64,000 bases of DNA, from assembly GCA_032250835.1 (NCBI GenBank), contig JAVVEA010000001.1, positions 1 to 64,000 of the forward strand, written 5' to 3'. This DNA comes from a bacterium. Lineage in GTDB: Bacteria; SAR324; XYD2-FULL-50-16. Positions within the stretch are counted from its first letter, which is position 1. Each line of letters begins with the position of its first letter. The position numbers and the translations under genes were made by a program. The notes under the pieces were generated by a model that had not been told where the DNA came from, did not search any database, and saw only the letters and a program-made list of their open reading frames with translations. Below, piece after piece: positions 1 to 9,768 of the stretch.

Positions 1-472
1 CGGTGTAAATCTCGTCAATCCGGTTCATCATCTGCAAGTCCGTTTCAGCCATGGGAGTGGGCTGGTAATACAGATTCGAGCGATTCAATCCGATGATTTC
101 ACATTGCCTTGCCAGGGGGATGGCGGGTTTTGCCTGCTTAAACTCAACAAGGTCTTTCTTAGTCGAGGAGTCCAAGCTCTTTAGCTTTCCCACGGCCCAA
201 TCCCGCTCAATCGTGGTTTTACCCAGTTTCTTAGCCAAAGCGTCGTTCTCTCGCTTCAACTCTTCGTTCTCTTCCTTGATCCCTTTGGTCGCCTTGCCGA
301 CATCGAAGGCCAATGATGCGTTCTCTAAGAACTTCTTCTTCCATTGGTTCAGACTGTTGGGCGTGATCTCGTACTTGCTGGACAACTGCGCCACCGTTCG
401 ATCACCGGCCAGCAGTTCCAGGACCACCTTGGTTTTGAATTCCGGGCTAAAACTTCGCTTCTTCTTACTCAT
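1..472 (-). CDS. IS3-family transposase, N-terminal part (OrfA HTH running in frame into OrfB)
   Basis: Manual translation from ATG at 472 (AGGAG RBS at 479-483): MSKKKRSFSPEFKTKVVLELLAGDRTVAQLSSKYEITPNSLNQWKKKFLEN...ERDWAVGKLKSL...PLARQCEIIGLNRSNLYYQP...RIDEIYT. Not in the ORF track because it runs off the window edge. Confidence 0.9.
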   Translation of the reverse strand, partial: MSKKKRSFSPEFKTKVVLELLAGDRTVAQLSSKYEITPNSLNQWKKKFLENASLAFDVGKATKGIKEENEELKRENDALAKKLGKTTIERDWAVGKLKSLDSSTKKDLVEFKQAKPAIPLARQCEIIGLNRSNLYYQPTPMAETDLQMMNRIDEIYT

Positions 473-557
473 CACTTTCTCCTAAATCGAGGTTCGTTAC
501 CGCAATTCAGAAATAACGCCTAATTCAAATTTTGTCTGAACTTTTCGGTCCACTATA
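1..557 (-). mobile_element. IS3-family insertion sequence, left end (continues beyond window start)
   Basis: Minus-strand transposase ORF. A candidate terminal inverted repeat TATAGTGGACCGAAAAGTTCAGACA (minus strand, ~557-533) resembles IS3/IS150-type ends. Host coding sequence resumes immediately at 558. Confidence 0.85.
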
Positions 558-601
558 CGCTGGCCCAGCCAGAGGATTTTGAACACCAACTTTATGAAGA
601 C

Positions 602-2407
602 TTGTTTTTTTATGGCTTATTTTATGGCGCAGCGGCCTTGATGGCGATTTATCATTTTCTGATCTATTTCACCTTAAAGGAGAAATCGTTACTGCTGTAT
701 TCAGGAATGGTCACCAGTATGCTCTTCGGTGCCTTTTTTCGCGATGGCCACCATAACTATTTTCTCACCCCCGAGCAGAGTAGCTTCCAGCTCTCGATAC
801 AAGGGACTGCCATGGTTGCCCTTTGGCTCTTTATGCTCTTGCAGTATTTTCAATCGCTCACTAACCCCACCAGCCAATTTCCCGCCTTGCGCTGGCCGCT
901 ACGTATCTGGGGTTATCTTATTTTGGTGATTGCGGTTGGGTTTGCAACTTACCCGGTCACCTTCGGGTATGCGATCAATCTGGCGATTGTTTTAACTTTC
1001 TTGGCAATCCTTCCGATCAACCTTTGGCAATTCAAAGGCGGCAATAAAATGGCGGGATGGTTTGGCATTACCCTATTGTTTAACCTAGGGGCCGTAATGC
1101 TCGATATGCTCCGTACTCAAGGAGTAATAACTTCCAATACCTTGACCCGGTTCGGTCCCTTTGCCTTGATCTTCTTAGAGTTTATTATTCTCGCTTGGGT
1201 GATGAGCCGCCGCTTCAACCGCCGGCTGGTCGCTTTGGTGGAAAGGAAGACCGAAGAACTGAGGGAAAAAAATGAAATCCTGGAAGTACGTTCGGCTGCC
1301 CTGAATGAATATGCCACCAAGCTGCGTTCCGCATTGCAGTTTAAAGACAAAACCATCTCAATCATAGCCCACGACTTGCGTGGGCCAATCGGCAGCATTT
1401 TGGTGATCTTCCGGATGGTTAAAGAGGGCAAACTGACCTTGGAATCCCAGTTGATCGACCAAATTTTCTCGAATCTCAGCAACCTCCGCCACTTGCTCGA
1501 AAACCTGCTTCAGTGGGCGTTGAACCAACAAGATCACCTAAAGGTCCAAGCGGAAGTATTTGATCTCCTTGAGCCGGTTGAGGAAGTGCTCGAACTCTTC
1601 AGGCCAACGGCGCAACAAAAACAGATTGAACTCATCGCCGAAGTGCCTAGAGGATTTCAAGTCAATGCCGACCGAACCATGATCATGACGGTGCTACGGA
1701 ACCTGATCAACAATGCCTTGAAATTCACTAAGCTTGGGGGGCAGATTGTTTTGCGTGCCCAAGAAGCGGGCCCTTTCGTTAGGTTCGAAATCCGCGATAC
1801 CGGGGTGGGCATTGCAGCACAGAGGGTGCCCAATTTGTTTGAAGCAAACCACAGCGTCATCAGCAATGGCACCCAAGGCGAAAGGGGCAACGGGTTAGGG
1901 CTTTTGCTGGTCCGTGAATTTATCGAGGCTAACGGCGGTCAAGTAGGTGTAGAAAGCCAGGAAGGAGTGGGCAGTTCCTTTTGGTTTACGCTACCAAGAT
2001 CCAGCCAAAAAGATTCTCCTACCCCGAGGCTCAAGAACCTGCCGCCGAATTTGCGGGATTTTTTGGTGGTCGAGGACAATCCCTTGCACCAAGCGACAAC
2101 CAAATCAGTGCTCAGTCATTTAGGGGCCTGTTGTGAACTAGCCCCTGACGGAGAAGAGGCCCTGGAAAGAGCGCAAAGGCGAAATTATTCCGCTATTTTG
2201 GTGGATATCGACCTACCGGGCATAAACGGAGTCGAGGTGGCCCGAGCGATCCGGCAGATGGACAGGCAAACGCATATTTTGGCAGTTACGGGCTATTCAC
2301 AACTTGAGGTGGAAAAAAAGTTCGGCACCGCGCCCTTTGCTGCCTACCTCAAAAAGCCCCTAGAACGCGAAGAACTACTCGCAAAACTAGCCCAGCTGAC
2401 ATCCTAA
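602..2407 (+). CDS. 7TM-DISM hybrid sensor histidine kinase (7TM, HisKA, HATPase, receiver); probably 5'-truncated by the IS
   Basis: LFYG...YHFLIY...LLYS 7TM-DISM signature, AHDLRGP H-box, NLINNALKF N-box, DTGVG, GNGLGL, and a C-terminal REC (VVEDN...VDIDLP...KP). The frame stays open back to the IS boundary (~560). Confidence 0.85.
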   Translation: MFFYGLFYGAAALMAIYHFLIYFTLKEKSLLLYSGMVTSMLFGAFFRDGHHNYFLTPEQSSFQLSIQGTAMVALWLFMLLQYFQSLTNPTSQFPALRWPLRIWGYLILVIAVGFATYPVTFGYAINLAIVLTFLAILPINLWQFKGGNKMAGWFGITLLFNLGAVMLDMLRTQGVITSNTLTRFGPFALIFLEFIILAWVMSRRFNRRLVALVERKTEELREKNEILEVRSAALNEYATKLRSALQFKDKTISIIAHDLRGPIGSILVIFRMVKEGKLTLESQLIDQIFSNLSNLRHLLENLLQWALNQQDHLKVQAEVFDLLEPVEEVLELFRPTAQQKQIELIAEVPRGFQVNADRTMIMTVLRNLINNALKFTKLGGQIVLRAQEAGPFVRFEIRDTGVGIAAQRVPNLFEANHSVISNGTQGERGNGLGLLLVREFIEANGGQVGVESQEGVGSSFWFTLPRSSQKDSPTPRLKNLPPNLRDFLVVEDNPLHQATTKSVLSHLGACCELAPDGEEALERAQRRNYSAILVDIDLPGINGVEVARAIRQMDRQTHILAVTGYSQLEVEKKFGTAPFAAYLKKPLEREELLAKLAQLTS

Positions 2408-2508
2408 GACCCGCTTAAAATGGCTCTAAAACTTCAACCAGCGTTGACCCTAGGCGAGATCTCGGGCGACAGCGGCGCTAGCGCCAAAGGGTTTAAGCTC
2501 CCGGCCAG

Positions 2509-3723
2509 TTAATGCAAGATGTTGTAGCCCGGTTCTAAGGTGAAGTGGACTTCGGCCGCATCTAGGCGGCCTTTTAGGTCTGACTCCAAGAGTTTTTGTA
2601 GCTTCGGGTAGGTATCTTCCTCGATCTGAGGATCTACCGAAAACTCAAAGAATATGCGGCAGCCCGCTTCGTCATCGCGGAATTGCAGGTCGTGGAACTC
2701 TAACAACTCCTGGTGGGTCTTAACCAAGCCCCGAAGCTCACCGGCAACCTTCTGGTAACGGGCGTCTTTGAAGTCAACAGGGTCCACATGAACCGTACAG
2801 GCCCCACCAAAACGGACTTGTAAGTTGTGCTGGATTTGGGCGGCAATGTCGTGCATCTCCATGGCTGTCAAGCTGCCCAATATCTCTACATGTAAGCTGA
2901 TGAAATGCTCTTGGCCGTATTTGTGTACGTAGATGTCGTGGGCGTTGTAGACCTTTTCATCGGTTAAGGCTAGGTCCACGATTTCGCGTAGTGTTTGGGT
3001 GCTTACATTTTCGCCCAAAAGCGGCGAGATGCTGTCCTTGGCGATTTCGATCCCGCTCCAGATCACCATGGCGCTGACCAACAGCCCCACCACCGGGTCC
3101 AGCCAGGGGTAACCCATCTGGTTGCCCAGCATGCCGAACAAGACGGCCATAGTGGTCAAAGAATCCATTCGGTGGTGCCAAGCGTCCGCGTCTAGAGCTC
3201 TAGACTCGATCAGCTTTCCTAAGCCCTTCGAGAAGGCAAATAGCCATTCCTTAAAGAGGATCGTCGCCGCGACCAAGGCGTAGGTCACCCAGCTGGCGTT
3301 CAGCGTTTGGAATTCCCCGTGGTAGATGGCCATCCCCGCGTCGCGCAGTAATTCGAAACCGGCGACAATCAACATGATCGACATAATCAACCCGGCGATC
3401 AACTCCGCGTTGGCATGGCCAAAGGGGTGCTCCTTGTCTCGGGGCTTGCTGGCCATATAAAAGCCAAAGATCACAATCGCCGAGGTGACCATGTCGCTGC
3501 CTGAGTGGAATCCGTCGGCGATCAAGGCCCGCGAGCCTAGCCAGATACCCAAGCTCACCTTAACGCCCGTTAAGACTAAATTGACTGCACATGAAACCCA
3601 GCCGCCCAGATAGCCATACCTAGCCCGAACCCGTTCGCTTTTAAGGTTATAAGGGTCTTTGACAAACCAGCGGACCAATAGGCCCGTTAAGCCACCGGGT
3701 AAGTGGGGAGTCACAGCGCTCAT
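2509..3723 (-). CDS. Cation diffusion facilitator (FieF/CzcD-like) metal transporter
   Basis: ADGFHSGSD, HPFGH and ADAWHHRMD motifs; TM region plus C-terminal dimerisation domain(s). Confidence 0.9.
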   Translation of the reverse strand: MSAVTPHLPGGLTGLLVRWFVKDPYNLKSERVRARYGYLGGWVSCAVNLVLTGVKVSLGIWLGSRALIADGFHSGSDMVTSAIVIFGFYMASKPRDKEHPFGHANAELIAGLIMSIMLIVAGFELLRDAGMAIYHGEFQTLNASWVTYALVAATILFKEWLFAFSKGLGKLIESRALDADAWHHRMDSLTTMAVLFGMLGNQMGYPWLDPVVGLLVSAMVIWSGIEIAKDSISPLLGENVSTQTLREIVDLALTDEKVYNAHDIYVHKYGQEHFISLHVEILGSLTAMEMHDIAAQIQHNLQVRFGGACTVHVDPVDFKDARYQKVAGELRGLVKTHQELLEFHDLQFRDDEAGCRIFFEFSVDPQIEEDTYPKLQKLLESDLKGRLDAAEVHFTLEPGYNILH

Positions 3724-3727
3724 AGGT

Positions 3728-4672
3728 TCAATCCATTTTTTCGTAAAGCCGGACCCCTTGCTGCGCTTCTTCGGGCGGACGGGTCTTAAAGCGGCGGTTG
3801 AACCAGAAGTAGTGGTCCGGATGTAGCCGGATCTTTTCTTCTAGCTGGTCAAAATAAAGCTGAGCAATGCGGGCGGTATCGGCGACGGTATCGCCAGTCA
3901 GTTCATAGTCCAACCGCCGGATATGGCCCTTGTGCTTGGCCGGGCCTTCGCGGGTGATCCAGATGTAAAAAAGGGGGCATTTGGCTTTGACCACAAAGCG
4001 CCCCAGGCCGGGGCCAGCGGCGGCCTTGAGGCCGAAAAAATCGACGAAAAGAAACTGGTGGGGAACGTTCAGGTCACCCAAAAGCCCTAAGACCCCTTGG
4101 TCCTTGATGATTTGCAGCATCTCGCGGTTGGAGCGGGGGCTTTTGCTGATGGCTTTCATGCCAAAGCGGGTGCGGATTTGGTTGATCCGGTGGTCTACCA
4201 GTTCGTTGGTCTGCTTGCCTGCGTAGGCCGCCACCGGATAGACCAGATGGCTGATCCCCGCCGAAAGTAGTTCCCAGTGGCCAAAGTGGGCCCCGGCGAT
4301 CACTACGCCTTGGCCCTCGTCGATACCGGCCTGCAAAGCTTCGACCCCTTCAAGCTCGATCAGTTGGTCCAGCAATTCAGGCGGCCAACTGGCCAGTTTG
4401 AGGAATTCAAAGATATGGCTGGTCATGTTGCGATAACAAGCCAAGGACAGGGCTTCTAGCTCTTCGGCGTTCATTTGGTCGCCAAAGGCCAATTCCAGGT
4501 TGCGGTCCACCACCTTGCGGCGCAATCCTCGCCGCCAGAGCCATCCACCCAGGGCGCGCCCACAGGCGGCGGCCCGTTCGGGGCTGAGTAGCTCAACCCA
4601 GGCGGTCAGTAGGTTCAGTATGATCCACTCCAGGTGGTGGCGCAAGCTGGGGGGTTGAGGAGGGGTGTCCAT
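3728..4672 (-). CDS. lpxL: Lipid A late acyltransferase (LpxL/HtrB family)
   Basis: AHFGHWE (HX4E) motif, VDFFG, and C-terminal HPDHYFWFNRRFKTRP. Confidence 0.85.
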   Translation of the reverse strand: MDTPPQPPSLRHHLEWIILNLLTAWVELLSPERAAACGRALGGWLWRRGLRRKVVDRNLELAFGDQMNAEELEALSLACYRNMTSHIFEFLKLASWPPELLDQLIELEGVEALQAGIDEGQGVVIAGAHFGHWELLSAGISHLVYPVAAYAGKQTNELVDHRINQIRTRFGMKAISKSPRSNREMLQIIKDQGVLGLLGDLNVPHQFLFVDFFGLKAAAGPGLGRFVVKAKCPLFYIWITREGPAKHKGHIRRLDYELTGDTVADTARIAQLYFDQLEEKIRLHPDHYFWFNRRFKTRPPEEAQQGVRLYEKMD

Positions 4673-4673
4673 G

Positions 4674-5636
4674 TTATAGCCCGGCGCGCACCATGTCCTG
4701 CATGGTGATCATCCCCACGGCCGCTCCGGCGTCCACCACCGGTAGGACCATAATGGGCTGGGGGTTGTTTTTCATGGTCTGGTAACATTCAATAGCCAGC
4801 TTGCCCGGCTCGGTGACCATCGGCGAGTGGTTCATGATTTCTTGAGCCGTGAGCTGGCGCAGGTCCGCCTGCTCTTCAAAGGCGCGGCGTAGGTCAAAGC
4901 CGGTGATCAGCCCTTTAAGCTGGCCTTGTGCATCGACCACCGTCACCGCATTGACGCCACCTTCTCCAATGGCTTTGAGAAGCTCAGAGAAGCTGGCCGT
5001 CTGTAGGACGGCAGGGTTTTCTTCACCTTGGCGCATCAAGTCCTTAACCTGATAGAGCAGACGTTTACCCAGTCTGCCGGCGGGATGGTAAAGCGCAAAA
5101 TCTTCGGAGGCAAAACCCCGCTTTTTCATCAACGCCACCGCTAGGGCGTCGCCTAAGACCAAGGCGGCGGTGGTGGAGCAGGTCGGCGCTAGGTTGAGGG
5201 CACAGGCCTCTTTCTCAACGGGGGTGAACAACACCAAATCGGCGTGTTTGGCCATCGTTGATTGGGCGTTGGCGGTCACCGCAATGATCTGGCAGCCCAT
5301 CTTTTTTAAAGAGGGCAACATGGCGATCATCTCATCAGACTCGCCGGACTTGCCAAAGAGCAGTAAGACATCACCGGGTTCGACGATCCCCAAATCGCCA
5401 TGCAGCGATTCGGAGGGATGCAGGAAAACGGCGGGGGTGCCGGTACTCGAAAAGGTGGCGGCGATCTTGGTGGCAATATGGCCAGACTTGCCCATGCCGC
5501 TTAAAACCACCTTGCGGGGCGCGGCAAAGATCATCTCCACCGCCGCCTCCCAGGTCGGTCCCACCGATTCTAAAAGAGCCTGGAGCGTAGCAATCTCCAG
5601 GCGGATCACCTCTTTGATCTCTTCGAGTACGGCCAT
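4674..5636 (-). CDS. kdsD: Arabinose-5-phosphate isomerase (KdsD/GutQ), SIS + CBS domains
   Basis: GMGKSGHI, STGTPAVFLHP, HGDLG, APTCST and FALYHPAGRLG motifs. Confidence 0.93.
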   Translation of the reverse strand: MAVLEEIKEVIRLEIATLQALLESVGPTWEAAVEMIFAAPRKVVLSGMGKSGHIATKIAATFSSTGTPAVFLHPSESLHGDLGIVEPGDVLLLFGKSGESDEMIAMLPSLKKMGCQIIAVTANAQSTMAKHADLVLFTPVEKEACALNLAPTCSTTAALVLGDALAVALMKKRGFASEDFALYHPAGRLGKRLLYQVKDLMRQGEENPAVLQTASFSELLKAIGEGGVNAVTVVDAQGQLKGLITGFDLRRAFEEQADLRQLTAQEIMNHSPMVTEPGKLAIECYQTMKNNPQPIMVLPVVDAGAAVGMITMQDMVRAGL

Positions 5637-5641
5637 GGAAC

Positions 5642-6289
5642 TTACTTGGAAAACTTCTTGGCGTCTTCTACAAAAGCGGCAATGCCCGCATCGGTCAGCG
5701 GGTGCTTTTGTAGCTGCTTAAGCAACTTAGCCGGAGCGGTCAAGATGTCAACGCCCATCATGGCCAATTCGCTCATATGCGCCGGGGTGCGGATCGAAGC
5801 GGCAATGATCTTGGTGTTTAGGTCTGGGTTGGCTTCTAAGATGGTCTTGATCTGGCTGAGCAGTTGCAAGCCATCGGCCCCGATGTCATCTAAGCGTCCC
5901 AAGAAGGGGCAGATGTAAGTGGCTCCGGCTTTGGCGGCCAAGATAGCCTGACCGGCCGAGAAGATCAGGGTGATGTTGGTGTTGATGCCCTTTTCGCTCA
6001 AGGTTTTGGCGGCCTTGAGGCCCGCTTCGAGCATCGGGATCTTGACCACAATGTTGTGCGAAATCTTGGCTAGCTCTTGGCCTTCGGCGACGATGCCTTC
6101 ATAGTCTAAGGATAAGACTTCAGCATGGACCGGTCCCGAGACGATCTTGCAAATTTCGGCCAAAATGCCGGTGAAACTGCCGCCTTCTTTGGCGATCAGG
6201 GTGGGGTTGGTGGTTACGCCATCGCAAAGACCCAGCTCTGCGGCAGCACGAATTTCGTCAAGATTGGCCGAATCTACGTAGATATCCAT
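5642..6289 (-). CDS. tal: Transaldolase (short TalC/FSA family)
   Basis: GVTTNPTL, VVKIP, AAKAGA. The PFLGR (Phe) and HAEV (Glu) residues favour transaldolase over fructose-6-phosphate aldolase. Confidence 0.88.
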   Translation of the reverse strand: MDIYVDSANLDEIRAAAELGLCDGVTTNPTLIAKEGGSFTGILAEICKIVSGPVHAEVLSLDYEGIVAEGQELAKISHNIVVKIPMLEAGLKAAKTLSEKGINTNITLIFSAGQAILAAKAGATYICPFLGRLDDIGADGLQLLSQIKTILEANPDLNTKIIAASIRTPAHMSELAMMGVDILTAPAKLLKQLQKHPLTDAGIAAFVEDAKKFSK

Positions 6290-6299
6290 GTTAAGGCTC

Positions 6300-7655
6300 C
6301 TATGTTTGGTTTTTGGCTTTGCGCCCGCGCCAGGGTATCCCTAGCAGCATGTACGCGGTGGCCATTAAAAGGACGGTCCAATAAAGGACTTGGTCGTTGC
6401 GGGTTTGGAAGCCGATCAAGATTGCGAGCAGCATAGCCGTCAACAGTATAGCCTTGATCACTTTGGGGATTGCCGGGAGGATCACCCGGCCAAAATGAAT
6501 GTAGGGGATGCGGGTGATCATTAAAATAGAACTGAGCAAGATCAACCCCATCCGGAACCAATCGGGTGCCGCCAAGAGCGCCGCGTTGCCCGCGATTAGG
6601 GCCCCCGCCGGACTTGGTAGACCCGCAAAGACGGCGACCCCGCCGGTTTCGCCTTGGGCTCGTTTGTCTCGGATAAAACGCCAGAGCCGGTAGAGGGTAG
6701 TGCCTAGGTGTAGCAGGGCCAAGAACAAACCAAAGGGACTTGCCGAAAACTGATACCAGATCAGCAAAGCGATGGTCCCGCCAAAGCTGGTGCCGTCGGC
6801 GACATCGTCAAACAATTCGCCGCGGGGCGTGCTGCCCCATTTGTCGGCGGCGCGTCCGTCAAAGAGGTCTAAAAACTGGCCCACGAAGACGGCCGCCAAA
6901 CCCATGCCGGGCATGTTGTAGGCCAAGATCAAGACCATACCCGCGAGGCCGCAAGCTAGGTTGAGCATGCTCAAGATGTTGGCGTACCAGTAGTTTGGGA
7001 TCACCTTGAAAAACATGCTGCAAAATGCCAGGAAGGTTGCCCCGTAAAGGGTCAAGGCCGGGATGTTGATGCGCCAGGGGGCGTGCTCGGGGAAGTAAAC
7101 GACCTGAGTCGTCAAGAGCACGATAGTGATCACCGCCAAGAACGTCTTGGCTTTGCCAAAAAGGTTCGCCGCGCGGTTTTGGATAAAATAGCGCGAAAAC
7201 TGACCCAGTAAGTCAAAGGCCAAAAACAACAGGATCACCCAAAAGGGGATGTAGCCCAGATAGGAGAAATAAAAGAGCGGCGGGAAGAGCAGCAACTTGT
7301 CTGAAAGCGGGTCGATGCTTTCACCTGACTTGGTGTGCAGGTCAAAATACCGGGCGATGGTCCCGTCGGTGATGTCGGTGATGATCCAAAAGGCAAAGAA
7401 ATAGGTGCCTAGGTGGTGCCAAAACCAAACCGAAGGCCCGACCCAATAGCCCGCGTGAAAGATCACCACCGAGGCCACCCCCATGGGGTAGCGGCACCGG
7501 GAGATAAAGTTGGGGTGTAGCCAGCGCTGGGAGCGGACCCATTGTTTGCCCCAGGGGGCCCGGATCAGGTATCTCAGGCTCGCCCGCTCGGCGCAGAACA
7601 TCAAGAAGGTGGGCAACACCGTCCAGAGTAAAAACTGAGTCAATCCATCAAGCAT
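6300..7655 (-). CDS. Double CDP-alcohol phosphatidyltransferase (PgsA-like + PssA-like fusion)
   Basis: Two CDP-AP motifs: DITDGTIAR...GESIDPLSDK and DLFDGRAAD...GELFDDVAD; also GKAKT (PgsA-like) and FAGLPSPAGA (PssA-like). Confidence 0.8.
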   Translation of the reverse strand: MLDGLTQFLLWTVLPTFLMFCAERASLRYLIRAPWGKQWVRSQRWLHPNFISRCRYPMGVASVVIFHAGYWVGPSVWFWHHLGTYFFAFWIITDITDGTIARYFDLHTKSGESIDPLSDKLLLFPPLFYFSYLGYIPFWVILLFLAFDLLGQFSRYFIQNRAANLFGKAKTFLAVITIVLLTTQVVYFPEHAPWRINIPALTLYGATFLAFCSMFFKVIPNYWYANILSMLNLACGLAGMVLILAYNMPGMGLAAVFVGQFLDLFDGRAADKWGSTPRGELFDDVADGTSFGGTIALLIWYQFSASPFGLFLALLHLGTTLYRLWRFIRDKRAQGETGGVAVFAGLPSPAGALIAGNAALLAAPDWFRMGLILLSSILMITRIPYIHFGRVILPAIPKVIKAILLTAMLLAILIGFQTRNDQVLYWTVLLMATAYMLLGIPWRGRKAKNQT

Positions 7656-7806
7656 AGAGCCTTGGGGGCAAAACCGATTCTGGTCTTAAAGCCACTATGC
7701 ATAGCAGGACTGTAAAAAAAAGGAAAGCCGGGGCCTGCCCTCTTCACAAACCGCCCTGCCTTATGGCAGATTGGGGGCTCCAAAAGAATTAACATCTCAG
7801 GTCTAC

Positions 7807-8535
7807 ATGAAGTCATTTCGCAATTTTGTCTGGACCCTGGCGGTAGTCGGGCTTTTTATGGGCTGTGCGGCGACCCCCTCGGTATCGGTGGAAGAAAAGT
7901 ACGAGCAGGCGGTGGAGCTGATGGACAAGGGGCAATATTCCCAGGTCACCCCCGTTTTACTGGAAGTGATCGACCAAAACCCCGGCACCCGCTACTCCAC
8001 CTATGCCCACCTGAAGTTGGGCGATGCCTGGATGGCCATTGGTGAAAACGAAGAGAACTACAACGCCGCCGAAATCCAATACCGCATTTTTCTTAAACAT
8101 AGTCCGGGCTCGCACCTAGTGCCTTATGTGATGAGTCGCTTGATTGAGCTGAACTATCGGCGGAACATTTCCTTGCTTTTTAATGAGACCTACGCCTATG
8201 CCCGCGACCCTGGCCACTTCCGCTCGATTGTAGAAGAGTACAAGCGTTTCTTCCTGCTCTACCCAGACAGCTTTTATCTAGAAGAGGCCAGGGAGTATTT
8301 GGCACTGGCCGAACGGGCCTTGGCCAAACATGAGGTCTTGATTGGTGACTGGTACTTTAAACACCGGCACTACCATTCGGCTATTGCTAGGTATCAATAC
8401 ACCCTAAAAACCTACACCAACTTCGAAGAGCGCAAAGAAGTCTTAGAGAAGTTGATTCGAGCCTATCAAAAAAACCAGCAGCCCAACCGGGCCGCCGAGA
8501 TGGAACAGGTCTATCTGACAAGATTTGGCGGGTAA
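7807..8535 (+). CDS. bamD: Outer-membrane protein assembly lipoprotein BamD
   Basis: Lipobox FMGC, TPR repeats, and LAKHEVLIGDWYFK...SAIARY signature; start placed at ATG 7807. Confidence 0.85.
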   Translation: MKSFRNFVWTLAVVGLFMGCAATPSVSVEEKYEQAVELMDKGQYSQVTPVLLEVIDQNPGTRYSTYAHLKLGDAWMAIGENEENYNAAEIQYRIFLKHSPGSHLVPYVMSRLIELNYRRNISLLFNETYAYARDPGHFRSIVEEYKRFFLLYPDSFYLEEAREYLALAERALAKHEVLIGDWYFKHRHYHSAIARYQYTLKTYTNFEERKEVLEKLIRAYQKNQQPNRAAEMEQVYLTRFGG

Positions 8536-8541
8536 TCGCTG

Positions 8542-9768
8542 ATGGTTAATCTTCTGCTGCGTGCTTTGCTGCTGGGTCTTTTGGTGCTCTCTGCTCCGGG
8601 CTGCGCTATGCTTTCTAACGCCGAGACGCCCGCCGCTGCTCCGGCAAAAGAGGATTTAGACCGGTTAAACGAACTGGCGGAGCAAAATAAAAAATTATTG
8701 GAGCAGAACCGCGAGCTAGCCAATGAGCTAGAAGAAATCCGCAAGCTGCGCCAGACGGACCTAAAGGAATCTGAGCGGCGTTTGGAGGCGATGGAGCAAA
8801 CGATCCGCATGGTGGAACAAAACCTTCAAGAAGGTTCCACCCCACCCAAGCAACCATCCGCCCCGGCACCCGTAGCCCCGGCCACTCAATCCCCGACCGC
8901 TCTCCCGAATAATGGCTCTGGCAGCCTGAGCAGCATCCCCACAGAGGGCTTGGCCGCACCCTCCTTAGCTAAACCCTCAAAGGGACTGGCTCCGCCGAAG
9001 ATGGAGCCCCTGCCCGCTAAAGATAAAATACCCGAGCCGGACAACAAGGTCTTTGTGGTGCCTAGTATGGCCGACCAGCAAGCCAAGGCGCAGGCCCAGG
9101 CTAAAGAAGCGCCTAAAGGACCGGAGGTGTTGCCGATGCCAAGTGCCGAGCCCCAGCCTGAAGAGTTGCCCACCCCCGCGGGCTCTGCGGCCATTGTCGA
9201 TGCGCCACTCAAACCCAAGGGGCCTAAAGTTCAAGCCAGTCTGGCCGACCAGCTCACAGGCCCGAAAGATGCTGGGGTAGAGAGCCTTAGCGTGCAGGAC
9301 AATGAAATTTGGGAAGACCCAGATTTAAATGTGCCTGTTTCTCCGATTGGATTGCAGGTCTTTCCGGCGGCTAAACGGGCCTATAATGAGGCCTTTAAGG
9401 CTTATACCCGCAAGGACTACAACGCCGCCGCCGAGCAGTTTGACTTCTTTTTGTCTCGTTATCCTAACGACATCGACGCCGACAATGCCCAGTTTTGGCG
9501 GGGCATGGCCTTTTACGATATGGGTAGATTAGACGAGGCCGAAGAAGAGTTCCGCAAGGTCTTAAAAAACTACGAGCACGGCGAAACGCGCCGGGGCTTT
9601 AAAACCCCCGATGCGGTGTTGATGCTCGCCAAGATATACCTACGCAGACAAAAGCCGATCCGGGCCCGGTATTATTTCCAGTGGATCACCGAAAAATTCC
9701 CCGAAAGCCGCTCTGCCGATAAAGCCCAACATGAACTGAACGCTATGGGCGGCCTAGGAGGCTCATGA
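8542..9768 (+). CDS. cpoB: CpoB/YbgF-like TPR lipoprotein with long Pro/Ala-rich linker
   Basis: Lipobox APGC, N-terminal coiled coil, and C-terminal TPR (YNEAF...FLSRYP...ADNAQFWRG...KTPDA). Confidence 0.7.
   Translation: MVNLLLRALLLGLLVLSAPGCAMLSNAETPAAAPAKEDLDRLNELAEQNKKLLEQNRELANELEEIRKLRQTDLKESERRLEAMEQTIRMVEQNLQEGSTPPKQPSAPAPVAPATQSPTALPNNGSGSLSSIPTEGLAAPSLAKPSKGLAPPKMEPLPAKDKIPEPDNKVFVVPSMADQQAKAQAQAKEAPKGPEVLPMPSAEPQPEELPTPAGSAAIVDAPLKPKGPKVQASLADQLTGPKDAGVESLSVQDNEIWEDPDLNVPVSPIGLQVFPAAKRAYNEAFKAYTRKDYNAAAEQFDFFLSRYPNDIDADNAQFWRGMAFYDMGRLDEAEEEFRKVLKNYEHGETRRGFKTPDAVLMLAKIYLRRQKPIRARYYFQWITEKFPESRSADKAQHELNAMGGLGGS

Noticed and set aside
93-485. 130-aa plus-strand ORF in the track
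   Set aside because: Antisense shadow of the IS3 transposase on the minus strand.
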